Shown here: one piece after another, positions 8,904 through 18,570 of the stretch
Layout: each line of letters starts with the position of its first letter
Numbering within the stretch: position 1 is the stretch's first letter
Assembly: GCA_963677925.2 (NCBI GenBank)
Contig: CAXXYH010000003.1
Span: forward strand, 544,001-608,000
DNA: 64,000 nucleotides
From: Spirochaetia bacterium
GTDB taxonomy: Bacteria > Spirochaetota > Spirochaetia > UBA9216
Reading direction: 5' to 3'
The notes under the pieces: model-generated
Database searches by the model: none
What the model saw: only the letters and a program-made list of their open reading frames with translations
Told to the model about the DNA's origin: nothing
Made by a program: the position numbers and the translations under genes

Positions 8904-9983
8904 TTAAGAAATTCCTCTATAAACTTTTCGAGGTCTCCATCCATCACCGCCTGAATATTTCCGGTTTCATGCCTGGTTCTGTGATCTTTTACCATGTTGT
9001 AGGGATGAAAGACATATGATCTAATCTGATTTCCCCAGGAAATATCCTTTTTTTCCTGGGCATGCTTTTCATTCTCTTTTTCCTGCTCAGCCTGATAGTG
9101 CTCATAGAGCCTGGAACGCAGAACCTTCATTGCATTAGCCTTATTCTTATGCTGGCTGCGCTCATTCTGACACTGTACGACAATACCGGTAGCAATATGA
9201 GTAATTCTTACCGCAGAATCGGTCTTGTTAACATGCTGACCGCCTGCGCCGGAAGCCCTGTATGTATCAATCCGGATATCATCCGGCTTGATATCAACAT
9301 CAATATCATCTTCAATCACCGGTGATACATATACGGATGCAAATGAGGTATGGCGTCTGGCACTTGAATCGAATGGAGAAATTCTTACAAGCCTGTGTAT
9401 ACCTGATTCGCCCTTGAGGTATCCGTGAGCATAGTCGCCTGAAACCTGAACAGTAACAGACTTTATTCCGCCTTCAGCTTCAAGTAAATCAAGCAGACTG
9501 AACTTAAAATCATGTCTTTCAATCCATCTTGAATACATACGGTAAAGCATATTAACCCAGTCACAAGCTTCGGTACCGCCTGCACCGGAATGTATAGTGA
9601 GAAATGCATTATTTGCATCAAATTTATCGCCAAGGAGCTCAAGTATTTCAAGTTTTTCATATCGGGATGCTATGGCATCTACCGCTGATTTAATTTCAGG
9701 TTCAAGAGATTCATCCTCTTCCTCAACTGCCAGCGTATAAAGTTCTCTTGCGTCTTCCACATCGGTTTTAATCTGCTCCCAGGGTTCAAGTCTTCCCCTG
9801 ATCCGCTTCATATCGCCAAGTACTTTCTCCGCATTTTCACGATCATTCCAGAAATTCTCGTCAGCTGTCTGTTTTTCAAAATCGGCTATCTGTGACTTCA
9901 GCTTATCCGGGTCAAAGATGCCTCCATGTTTCTGATATCTTTTTTTCGAGCTGAACAAGCTCTGAGTCTATATCCTGCAGCAT
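8879..9983 (-). CDS. prfB: Peptide chain release factor 2, programmed +1 frameshift after codon 23
   Basis: SPF and GGQ motifs. ATG 9983 after GGGAGG gives MLQDIDSELVQLEKKISETWRHL, then CTT TGA C (9917-9911) into the long frame. Confidence 0.97.
9911..9925 (-). promoter_or_regulatory. RF2 autoregulatory +1 frameshift site (internal SD GGAGG, CAT, CTT TGA C)
   Basis: Canonical prfB recoding cassette is read directly in the sequence. Confidence 0.95.
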
Positions 9984-10002
9984 AAAGCCTCCCGTTTGTC
10001 TG

Positions 10003-10275
10003 CTATGTTTTAATAACTGATTTTTTCCACTTCTTTTCGTTGAGAAATGATATTACCATAGTTCCCTCAAAAGGATACTGATAAAACCGGATTTTATCAT
10101 AAAAATCGGTGGATTTATCTATATCCCATTTCAGCCGCTGAAGCGCCTTCTCACTGATTGAAGTACTTTCAAAGGTATTCTCGATTACACTCTTAAAACC
10201 GTATCGGCGGAGATAATCAAAAACCTGATCCCTGTGGCCGCCGTCGGCAATATCACATACTACTGATACGAACAT
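10003..10275 (-). CDS. Stand-alone Cas2/VapD-like ferredoxin-fold protein (no cas1 or CRISPR array in the window)
   Basis: 90 aa; MFVSVVCDI (Cas2 hhhYDI), HRDQV helix, LRRYGF...ENTFE (Cas2 LxxYGxxxQxSVFE) and DKIRFY (Cas2 DsvriY). Confidence 0.72.
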   Translation of the reverse strand: MFVSVVCDIADGGHRDQVFDYLRRYGFKSVIENTFESTSISEKALQRLKWDIDKSTDFYDKIRFYQYPFEGTMVISFLNEKKWKKSVIKT

Positions 10276-10281
10276 TGGTAC

Positions 10282-10310
10282 AGTTTAGAAAGATATTTTT
10301 TTTATGTCAA
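10282..10310 (-). promoter_or_regulatory. Sigma70-type promoter of the cas2-like/prfB operon; probably leaderless
   Basis: TTGACA (10310-10305), 17 nt, TAAACT (10287-10282), then 6 nt to ATG 10275 with no SD. Confidence 0.8.
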
Positions 10311-10362
10311 ACCCTCTTTTTCCTATGGTGTATACCGAATCAGACCGAATATAATAATAGAT

Positions 10363-11598
10363 ATGAAAAAGAGTATTATTCTGCTCAGTTTATTTACAAT
10401 CGCATGTTCCGCTCTATTCAGTCAGGAAAATTCCATCTTTACTCCCTTTGTCTCAAGACTTAAGGCTGAGTCGGGAGATAACAGTATAACACTTACCTGG
10501 AACGATACAGATGATGTGGACGGTCTTTGTATAATCTACAGAAATACTGTTCAGATTACTTCTGAAAATCTGTCTTCTGCGGTTAAAATTGCACGTGTTG
10601 CAAAAGATATTGAATATTATGAAGATTTCCCTCCCTACAGCAGAACTGATTATTATTATGCAGTTTTCATGGAAGAGCCTGACGGAAATTTCAATGAAGT
10701 TTTTATTCCTTTCAGGAATTTGACAACCAAGGGTGCAAGAATAGCTGAAAAAATCAAGGATAACAGTCCTTCTCTCATCACAAGCTTAAAAGCCTGGGCT
10801 ACGGAAGAAGCCATACAGCTTTCATTCCGCTCAAGCAAACCAGCATCGGAACTTTTTGTATACAGAAACACTGAACCTATCGAATCCCGTGATGATCTGC
10901 TTGCAGCCAACCTTATAGCGACTATCCAGGGTTCTGCCAGCTCATATACTGATTATCCGGTTCCGGGGATCGGATACTATTACGGAATCATAGATTCAAA
11001 TCTTATTAAAACCGGTAATTTTATTTTCAAAGCGGGTGAAAACTTCACTTCTGTACCTGTAGAAATTACACTTAAAAGTACTGAACGTGTCGGTCTGCCT
11101 AAAGCCGCAATCTCAAGACCCAGACCACTTCCCTACCTTTCATTAAGCCGCGGATTTCAAACCGGCCGTGAACTTTCCACATCGGCAATTGACATAATTC
11201 CCTACAAGAAAAATATCTCAACATCTACAGAAGCCGCTGTTTCCATGCTTCTTAGAGGAATCAGCCTTCCGGAGGACAAGATAATCGAACCGGTTATCCT
11301 CAAACAGGATAGAAATCCTGCACAGGGAAGTGAACGGGCAATTCTTTCGGCAATTCTAAATTCAGAGTTTTCCGGCGGGGATTATGAAGCTGCAAAACTG
11401 AGACTTATTGATTTTCAGAAGATACGCCGAGACCGTGACATTGAAGCTTCAGCAAGTTTTTATCTTGGTCAGGTCTATTATTTCCTCGAGGACTATAATA
11501 ACTCGTTCAAGGCCTTTCTCAAGGCTCAGGACAAGTTTTATATCGAATCTAGGCCCTGGATTGACAGCCTCTTCATTAAAATGCGCAAAATTGATTAA
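10363..11598 (+). CDS. Exported protein with two FN3-like repeats and a C-terminal TPR
   Basis: Signal peptide; repeated IYRNT...YEDFPP..DYYYAV and VYRNT...YTDYPV..GYYYGI units; TPR-like ASFYLGQVYYFLEDY. Confidence 0.7.
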   Translation: MKKSIILLSLFTIACSALFSQENSIFTPFVSRLKAESGDNSITLTWNDTDDVDGLCIIYRNTVQITSENLSSAVKIARVAKDIEYYEDFPPYSRTDYYYAVFMEEPDGNFNEVFIPFRNLTTKGARIAEKIKDNSPSLITSLKAWATEEAIQLSFRSSKPASELFVYRNTEPIESRDDLLAANLIATIQGSASSYTDYPVPGIGYYYGIIDSNLIKTGNFIFKAGENFTSVPVEITLKSTERVGLPKAAISRPRPLPYLSLSRGFQTGRELSTSAIDIIPYKKNISTSTEAAVSMLLRGISLPEDKIIEPVILKQDRNPAQGSERAILSAILNSEFSGGDYEAAKLRLIDFQKIRRDRDIEASASFYLGQVYYFLEDYNNSFKAFLKAQDKFYIESRPWIDSLFIKMRKID

Positions 11599-13605
11599 TC
11601 AACTTCGTTCAAGCCGCAGCTGAACCCGGTTTTTCCAGCTCTTTCCGGGACTTACGGTAAGTTCCCATTTCTGCAGAAAACAGCATGACTGATACAGCTC
11701 CTCAACTTCTTTACCGGTTCCAGTGCGGGTCTTAACCGGAAAAGCCCAAAGGGAACAGGGGATATCAGGATTCAGCGAAATACCGGTCTTCCTTTTAATA
11801 TCATTTACCTGGATCTCGGTTACTCCGCTGTCGCTGAAAACCTCGCCTTCAGGAACTGATTCACTGTCAGTCTTTAAAAGCTTGAACTCTGCGCCGCAGC
11901 TGTACGGATCGCCGAAGGACAGATTGATTTCTGTTCCGAAAACAGTATTTAAAACATCCTCGGATTTATTGATAATTTCATAGTCAACGATAACGCTGTT
12001 TCGTTTAAAACTGTATTCTTTTTTCAGTATTACTGGAAAACGGTTTTTCTTTGTACTGATATTTCCATTTCGTACAAGAAGGACTGTTTTCTTCTCCCTG
12101 TTATATTTTTCAATCCGGTAGGGCGCCGAAAGAAAATCACCGGCTTCACGGTATTTCATTTCATAGAAATTCTGCAGTTTTTCATCAGGATGAAGGAAAT
12201 GATCAACAAAAGCATTTCTGGTATACCAGTCTTTCACTTCATCAGCACTATGATACCATTCATGATGCCTTGCCATAGTGTCCACATAATTATATGAAAC
12301 CCTGAGGTAATCAAGTTCGAAGATCATTCCTCCGTTCAAATGAATGAAGGCGTTCATTCCCGGCCCGCGGTAAATAAGTTCTTCTACACCATCCAGATCA
12401 AAGTCATCTTTTACAAGACTGGTTTTAAAGACGCCCCGTTCTCTTGAATACTTATCAGCCTCTATCAAAGCAGAATAAGCCTTGGCCCTTGCATCAGATG
12501 AGTAAATACCGGGGTCACCGCCGCCGTGCCAGTAAGCAATATGATTCTGACTCTTCCACAGCTCATTTTCAGCACTTTTCTTTCTCTGTTTATCACCACG
12601 AAGCTGGGAAATAAGATAATGGATGTTAATCATCCTTGAATACAGGTTATTGCTCTCGGGATATTTAGCCAGAAAGTGTCTGAAAAAACTCTGGTTGTTA
12701 ACAGGGTTTATTGCAAGTGAGGTATCTTCATATTTATCAGACCACCCTTCTTCATAATCCAGCCGATCACGGTAAACCGGGCCCGACCAGCGTCCTACAT
12801 CACCGGGCGAAACACATCCGAAATATACTTTTTTAAGATGCCCCAGACTCCTTGTAATTTTACCGGGCAGCTGAACATCAATTTTTCTGCTGTTTTGACC
12901 TATAAGTTCAAAAATGCGTCTTATTTTATCTCCTGCACCCTTTGAAAAATCGAGATCCTCTCCTCTCAGAAGAAAACTGACAATGCGTTCTTCCTTCTCA
13001 CTTCTGCATTCAAGAATTGAGGAAACAATCTCTTCGGGTGTAGATATGGGAAACTGGCTTAGAATTCTGTTGGAAAGGGGTATTACAATTATTTTTTTAC
13101 CCTGATCTTCAGTCATACAGGGCTGATAGAGTTCACCGTTAAATAGACCGGCATCCTCAAAGAATTCTTCATCAAGAAATGTATATTCCATGCCGGCATA
13201 ATTCATCGTCATTGGCATTGAGGGTTCCCAGACTTTTTCTGTTATCCACATGCCCCGGGGACGCTTTCCGAATCTTCGTCTCAACTCGGTAGTCATCAGT
13301 TCAATCTGTCCAACCTTGTCTTTTCTGGGAATTAATGAAAAGAGAGGAGAATAATACCCCCCACCGAGTATTTCGATTTTACGCTCACGGAACAGATCGT
13401 TAAAAAGCATCTGCATACCCGCATGCTTATCAATTATCCAGGAAAGCAGTTCACCGCTGTAATACATAGTTACAGGTATTTTACAGTCGTGGATCAGTTT
13501 GAGAAAAGGGAGGTATGAATTTTCATAAACCTGATTGAGTTTTTCTTCTGTAAAAGATGCGGAACCGTTATTAACGGTTCCTATAATTAATTTGACTTTC
13601 TTCAC
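11599..13605 (-). CDS. GH57 alpha-amylase/4-alpha-glucanotransferase-like protein (DUF1925/DUF1926-type C-terminus), catalytic motifs degenerate
   Basis: EILGGGYYSP, PRGMWITEKVW, KYPESNNLYSRM, YWHG and DFDLDG motifs of the 4-alpha-glucanotransferase group. Confidence 0.82.
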   Translation of the reverse strand: MKKVKLIIGTVNNGSASFTEEKLNQVYENSYLPFLKLIHDCKIPVTMYYSGELLSWIIDKHAGMQMLFNDLFRERKIEILGGGYYSPLFSLIPRKDKVGQIELMTTELRRRFGKRPRGMWITEKVWEPSMPMTMNYAGMEYTFLDEEFFEDAGLFNGELYQPCMTEDQGKKIIVIPLSNRILSQFPISTPEEIVSSILECRSEKEERIVSFLLRGEDLDFSKGAGDKIRRIFELIGQNSRKIDVQLPGKITRSLGHLKKVYFGCVSPGDVGRWSGPVYRDRLDYEEGWSDKYEDTSLAINPVNNQSFFRHFLAKYPESNNLYSRMINIHYLISQLRGDKQRKKSAENELWKSQNHIAYWHGGGDPGIYSSDARAKAYSALIEADKYSRERGVFKTSLVKDDFDLDGVEELIYRGPGMNAFIHLNGGMIFELDYLRVSYNYVDTMARHHEWYHSADEVKDWYTRNAFVDHFLHPDEKLQNFYEMKYREAGDFLSAPYRIEKYNREKKTVLLVRNGNISTKKNRFPVILKKEYSFKRNSVIVDYEIINKSEDVLNTVFGTEINLSFGDPYSCGAEFKLLKTDSESVPEGEVFSDSGVTEIQVNDIKRKTGISLNPDIPCSLWAFPVKTRTGTGKEVEELYQSCCFLQKWELTVSPGKSWKNRVQLRLERS

Positions 13606-13634
13606 TACCTGTTGTCTCCGGCTACTACCCCTCC

Positions 13635-14444
13635 CTATTCAGCAGCATCCAGATCAATAATACATTTCGCAGGGCACACCTCAACAGCTTCAGACCTGCT
13701 CCCCGCGGATGAATAATCTATAGTAGCCAGAAAATTCTCTACGCGGAATCCCCCTTCGGGAGATTTCTTATCACACATTTTACACCCTATGCAGCCGACT
13801 GAACAGTACTTTCTTACAACTCCGCCTTTATCTGTGGAATTGCAGGCTACAATATGAGAGGCGCTGTATGGTATCATTTTAATGACACCGGTAGGACATA
13901 CATCTACACACTTTTCGCATGAAATGCACTTGTCTTTATCAATATCAAGCCATCCGGCTTCAGTTTTTACTATTGCATCTACAGGACAAACCTTAATGCA
14001 GCTGCCGAGTCCAAGACAGCCGTGGGGACAGGTTTTGTCGCCGCCGAAAGATGAATGCATTGCATTACAGTCATCAAGTCCGTTGTATTCGTATTTCTTG
14101 GTGCTGGTTGCAGCAGTTCCTCTGCAGTGAACCTGAGCAACCATCTTTTCAGCGGAAACATCTGCTGAAACGCCCATAAGCTCACCAATCTTTTTTACAA
14201 CATCGGCTCCTCCGGGACTGCAGCGGGTAATTTCAACATCATCCTTAACTATGGCTTCAGCATATCCCGAACATCCCGGGTATCCGCAGGCACCGCAGTT
14301 AACGCCGGGAAGAATCTCCTCTACCTGTTCGATTCTTTCATCTTTTTTTACTGCAAATATCTTTGCGGCATAGGCAAGCGCAATTCCCAGAAGTCCGCCC
14401 AGAACTCCGACTGATAAAAAGGCGTATATTACTCTGTCGATCAT
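13635..14444 (-). CDS. rnfB: Rnf complex subunit B (polyferredoxin)
   Basis: N-terminal TM, LPGVNCGACGYPGC and several CxxCxxCxxxCP clusters. Confidence 0.95.
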   Translation of the reverse strand: MIDRVIYAFLSVGVLGGLLGIALAYAAKIFAVKKDERIEQVEEILPGVNCGACGYPGCSGYAEAIVKDDVEITRCSPGGADVVKKIGELMGVSADVSAEKMVAQVHCRGTAATSTKKYEYNGLDDCNAMHSSFGGDKTCPHGCLGLGSCIKVCPVDAIVKTEAGWLDIDKDKCISCEKCVDVCPTGVIKMIPYSASHIVACNSTDKGGVVRKYCSVGCIGCKMCDKKSPEGGFRVENFLATIDYSSAGSRSEAVEVCPAKCIIDLDAAE

Positions 14445-14452
14445 ATTCTCTC

Positions 14453-15043
14453 CTAGCCTATAAGATTATTCAGCAGTGCTTTGTCAAAAGCCATAAAAGC
14501 AAGCGCCATCAGTCCGCCGGTAATAAAAGCTATCGGCGTACCTCTAAGCGGTTTTGGGACCCACTCAGAGTCAAGCTTTTCCCTGATTGTAGACATCAGA
14601 AGAATAGCGAGAAGAAAACCAAGACCTGCAGCAAGACCGGCAACAAAGCTCTCAATTGCGTTATAGTTGCTTCGAACTGCTATGAGCGCTATACCGAGTA
14701 CTGCACAGTTTGTTGTTATAAGGGGAAGGTAAATACCAAGCGCCTTGTAAAGAGATGGTGATGATTTCTGAACGAACATCTCAACAAACTGAACAAGAGC
14801 AGCAATCATCAGAATAAATGAAATTGTCTGAAGAAACTCAATATGCAGCGGAACCAGAATGAAATTCTGTATTGCCCATGTTGCAAGAGCCGCTATAGAC
14901 ATAACAAATGTAACAGCAAAACCCATTCCTATGGCAGATTCTACATTCTTTGAAACTCCGATAAAGGGGCAGAGACCCAGAAACTGAGTAAGAATAAAGT
15001 TATTTATAAAAACAAAGGTTATTATTATGCCAACATATGTCAT
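14453..15043 (-). CDS. rnfA: Rnf complex subunit A
   Basis: NNFILTQFLGLCPF and LPLITTNCAVLG motifs. Confidence 0.96.
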   Translation of the reverse strand: MTYVGIIITFVFINNFILTQFLGLCPFIGVSKNVESAIGMGFAVTFVMSIAALATWAIQNFILVPLHIEFLQTISFILMIAALVQFVEMFVQKSSPSLYKALGIYLPLITTNCAVLGIALIAVRSNYNAIESFVAGLAAGLGFLLAILLMSTIREKLDSEWVPKPLRGTPIAFITGGLMALAFMAFDKALLNNLIG

Positions 15044-15666
15044 TTTGCAGCTCCTGATTTTTTCATGCCGTACCAGATGAAGAAGGCCTGAAGATATCCC
15101 ATAACAAGCAATGCTCCTGCAGCCAGGGTGAAGACTCTGGCGGGTGATGCTGACAGTCCGGGAATTGAAATAATTCCATCCCAGCCGCCGACAGGTACAA
15201 GGGTTATTGTTCCTGCACCAAGAACCTCACGAACTAGGGCTATTAGAATAAGTGAAAGTGTAAATCCTATTCCCATACCAAGCGCGTCTATAATAGATGC
15301 GCCCACAGTGTTCTTGTTCGCAAAAGCTTCAGCACGTCCGAGAATTACACAGTTTACAACAATAAGAGGAACGAAAACTCCGAGAGCTTCATAGAGTGCC
15401 GGGATAAACGCTTCCATTACCATTTGAACTATTGTAACAAAGGAGGCGATAATTACGATGTACGCAGGAATTCTGACCTTTCCGGGAATAAAGTTCTTCA
15501 GAAGTGCGACAAAGATATTGGAGCCTAGAAGAACGAATATTACTCCGGCGCCCATACCGAGTGCATTAACTACCTTTGAGGTTACACCTAAAGAGGGACA
15601 GAGTCCGAGGGCAAGTACAAATACAGGGTTTTCCTTGAAGATACCCTTGGTGAATTCTTTAAGCAT
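15040..15666 (-). CDS. rnfE: Rnf complex subunit E
   Basis: ENPVFVLALGLCP and PLIVVNCVILGRAEAFA motifs. Confidence 0.96.
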   Translation of the reverse strand: MLKEFTKGIFKENPVFVLALGLCPSLGVTSKVVNALGMGAGVIFVLLGSNIFVALLKNFIPGKVRIPAYIVIIASFVTIVQMVMEAFIPALYEALGVFVPLIVVNCVILGRAEAFANKNTVGASIIDALGMGIGFTLSLILIALVREVLGAGTITLVPVGGWDGIISIPGLSASPARVFTLAAGALLVMGYLQAFFIWYGMKKSGAAK

Positions 15667-16215
15667 CTACATGCCCTCCTTGTTTTTAACATATTCGGAG
15701 CCGCTGATGAGAGCCTTGCCGATTCCGGCAAAAGTAATCGTAGCGCCTGAAATTGTATCGGCATCAGCCTGTGCAAGCTGATTTTTCATTGAAGGAATAT
15801 CATTCCCGCTGAAACCGAGATATTTTTCCATATAAACTGATTTTTCAGCTTCTTTTCCCAGACCGGGAGTTTCCTCATCCTGCATAAGAACGACCCCGTA
15901 GACCGAGCCGTCAGGCTTGTAGCTGGCAAGGATAATCAGGTTGCCGCCGTATCCCGAACCCTTAAGATTGAGGATGTATCCTGTAGGCTCCCCGGCATCT
16001 TCTGTTTTGTAATAGCTCATAACAACAGGATCACCAGCTTCAGTCAGTTCACCGATGGTTCCGCCGGGTGATACCTGCTCCAGAGCAGCCTTCAGCTTTT
16101 CAGCCCTGAATTTTGCAATCTGCGGTTCGGTAATCATGTTTACAATTCCGAGAAGGAATGCTGAAACAGCACAGATAAGAGCGAGTTTGCTTCCAATCTT
16201 CAACATACTATTCAC
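15667..16215 (-). CDS. rnfG: Rnf complex subunit G (FMN-binding)
   Basis: N-terminal TM, GYGG, ETPGLG and flavinylation motif DTISGAT. Confidence 0.95.
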   Translation of the reverse strand: MNSMLKIGSKLALICAVSAFLLGIVNMITEPQIAKFRAEKLKAALEQVSPGGTIGELTEAGDPVVMSYYKTEDAGEPTGYILNLKGSGYGGNLIILASYKPDGSVYGVVLMQDEETPGLGKEAEKSVYMEKYLGFSGNDIPSMKNQLAQADADTISGATITFAGIGKALISGSEYVKNKEGM

Positions 16216-17245
16216 CGCCCTTCTCTTTTTTAACCGTTCCGAATTTAACCGGCTGTGTCAGTCTGTTAATCATCGGAACAAAGATATTCATAAGGATGAT
16301 TGCGAGTGATACGCCTTCAGGGAATGAACCGTAAAAACGGATAAGGAAGGTTAAAAATCCGCATCCGACTGCATATATCATCATACCCTTCTTTGTCACC
16401 GGAGAAGTTACCATATCGGTTGCCATAAAAAAGGCTCCGAGCATTATACCTCCAGTAAGAAGATGAAACAGAACATCTCCGCTGAAAAATCCGTTTCCGA
16501 ATCCAAGACCGCCGAAAATCCATACCAGTACGGAGAAAGAGCCAAGATAGAAAACCGGGATTTCCCAGTCAACGATATGCATAAGTATCAGAAAGACTCC
16601 TCCGAGCAGCAGCAGAAGTGCCGAAACTTCACCGATACAGCCCGGAATTTTTCCTAAAAACAGATCCAGATAGCTGTCGACCGGATAACCCTGTGATGAA
16701 AGAAAGTCCATCGGGCCGGCAGAACCGCCGCTGTAGCTTAAAAGTCCTGTTTTAACAAATCCGAGAGGACTGGCGGATGTTACAGCATCAGCTGCAATCA
16801 TCTTCGGCATTGACCATCTTGTCATACCTCCGGTCCAGGAAAAGAAAACAAATACACGGCCTGCAAGAGCAGGGTTCATCCAGTTTGTTCCAAGACCGCC
16901 GAAAGTCCATTTAACAACTAGAATGGCAAACAGCGACGCCATTACAGCAACATACAGAGGAACCTCTGCAGGCATGTTGTATCCTATAAGAATACCGGTT
17001 AAAAAGGCGCTGCCGTCATTTATTGTACCGCCTTTTTTAAGCAGTTTTACAACAATGAATTCAGCTGCAACAGCTGAAATAATTGAAACAGCCAGTACCA
17101 GCAGAGCCCGGAACCCGAAGGCATAGACTCCCCATAAACCAGAGGGAACAAGAGCCAGAACTACCAGCCACATAATTTTTGATGTTGTTCCCGTTGAATG
17201 TATCTGCGGCGAACTGCCGACAGTAAGATTTAATCCATCAGACAT
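16208..17245 (-). CDS. rnfD: Rnf complex subunit D
   Basis: SSPQIH, FGGLGTNWMNPALAGR, GCIGEVS, FFMATD and FPEGV motifs. Confidence 0.96.
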   Translation of the reverse strand: MSDGLNLTVGSSPQIHSTGTTSKIMWLVVLALVPSGLWGVYAFGFRALLVLAVSIISAVAAEFIVVKLLKKGGTINDGSAFLTGILIGYNMPAEVPLYVAVMASLFAILVVKWTFGGLGTNWMNPALAGRVFVFFSWTGGMTRWSMPKMIAADAVTSASPLGFVKTGLLSYSGGSAGPMDFLSSQGYPVDSYLDLFLGKIPGCIGEVSALLLLLGGVFLILMHIVDWEIPVFYLGSFSVLVWIFGGLGFGNGFFSGDVLFHLLTGGIMLGAFFMATDMVTSPVTKKGMMIYAVGCGFLTFLIRFYGSFPEGVSLAIILMNIFVPMINRLTQPVKFGTVKKEKGGE

Positions 17246-18570
17246 CAGCTAACCTTCTTCTTTCTTGCCATTTTCTTGCCGAGCCGCATCCCCTGAACCA
17301 GCGGGATATGAGCGGGGCAGGTAAAAGAGCAGCAGCCGCACTCTTTACAGTCCATGAGACCTGTATTCATAGCACCCTGGTAATCAGAATGATCTATAAG
17401 CTTGAACATTTTTGTAGGATTAAGACCCATCGGGCATTTCTGAATACATTTCCCGCAGGAGAGACAGTTGGTCCTTCCTGAAGCCTTAACCTCTTTATCT
17501 GTCAGAATCAGAATACCGGAAGTACCCTTTGTGACCGGTGTATCCAGATCGTAAACTGCAAAGCCCATCATAGGCCCGCCTATAACAACTTTAGCCGGAT
17601 TCTCTTTCATTCCGCCGCAGGCTTCAATAAGAGCACTTACAGGAGTCCCTACTCTGGCAAGAAAGTTGCCCGGATTCTGTACACCCAGACCTGTTACGGA
17701 AACGACCCTCTCAAAAACCTTTTTTTCAAGTGCTACAGCTTCGTACACTGCATTTACAGTACCTACATTGGCAACTACACAGCCGACTTCAATTGGAAGA
17801 CCTCCTGAGGGAACTTCGCGTCCGGTAACAGCCTTAATCAGCTGTTTCTCATCACCCTGAGGATATTTTAGCTTTAGCGGTACAATCTCAACATCCATGC
17901 CTGCTGCCTTAACAGCTTCACGCATTTTTTCAATTGCATTAGGTTTATTTATCTCTATACCTACAGCCGTCTTTTCAGGGCTGGTGATCGCACTGATAAT
18001 TCTGATACCTTCCAGCAGCACTTCAGTCTTCTCGAGCATCAGTCTGTGGTCGGCAGAAAGATAGGGTTCACATTCAACACCGTTGATAATCAGGTATTCA
18101 ACCTTTTTACCCTTTGGAACTGAAAACTTTACATTCGCCGGGAATGTAGCTCCGCCCATTCCGACAACCCCAGAGTTTTTAATGATTTCATTAAGCTCTG
18201 CTGACTCTATGGAGGACCAGTCTTTTTTTTGTGAATATTCGCCGGGTTTAAAATCTTCATCAACTGAAATTACAATTGCTGTTGATTTCATTCCATTTGC
18301 AAGGTAAATCTCGGTAATTTCCTTGACAGTACCGTCAGCAGGACTGTGAATAGCTGCTGAAATGAATCCGGTTGCCTCACCGATAATCTGGCCTTCCTTT
18401 ACGGCTTCACCGGCTTCGACAACTGGTTTAGCCGGACTGCCGATATGCTGCCCCATAGGAACGGTAAGCTCTGCAGGTATAGCAGCTCTTACTATTTCTT
18501 TAGAATTGGTGAGATGCTTCCTTCCAGGAGGATGTATACCACCTCTGGGAAACGTCTTTATTCCCTTCAT
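17245..18570 (-). CDS. rnfC: Rnf complex subunit C
   Basis: QHIG, GMGGATFP, NGVECEPYL, YPQGDEKQ, GGPMMG and two 4Fe-4S motifs. Confidence 0.97.
   Translation of the reverse strand: MKGIKTFPRGGIHPPGRKHLTNSKEIVRAAIPAELTVPMGQHIGSPAKPVVEAGEAVKEGQIIGEATGFISAAIHSPADGTVKEITEIYLANGMKSTAIVISVDEDFKPGEYSQKKDWSSIESAELNEIIKNSGVVGMGGATFPANVKFSVPKGKKVEYLIINGVECEPYLSADHRLMLEKTEVLLEGIRIISAITSPEKTAVGIEINKPNAIEKMREAVKAAGMDVEIVPLKLKYPQGDEKQLIKAVTGREVPSGGLPIEVGCVVANVGTVNAVYEAVALEKKVFERVVSVTGLGVQNPGNFLARVGTPVSALIEACGGMKENPAKVVIGGPMMGFAVYDLDTPVTKGTSGILILTDKEVKASGRTNCLSCGKCIQKCPMGLNPTKMFKLIDHSDYQGAMNTGLMDCKECGCCSFTCPAHIPLVQGMRLGKKMARKKKVS

Noticed and set aside
9915-9958. ORF-track N-terminus of RF2 (MFSSKKRYQKHGG)
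   Set aside because: Artefact of the programmed frameshift; the true start is 9983.
10003-10363. CRISPR-Cas locus around the cas2-like gene
   Set aside because: No repeat-spacer array, leader or other cas gene is visible in the window.
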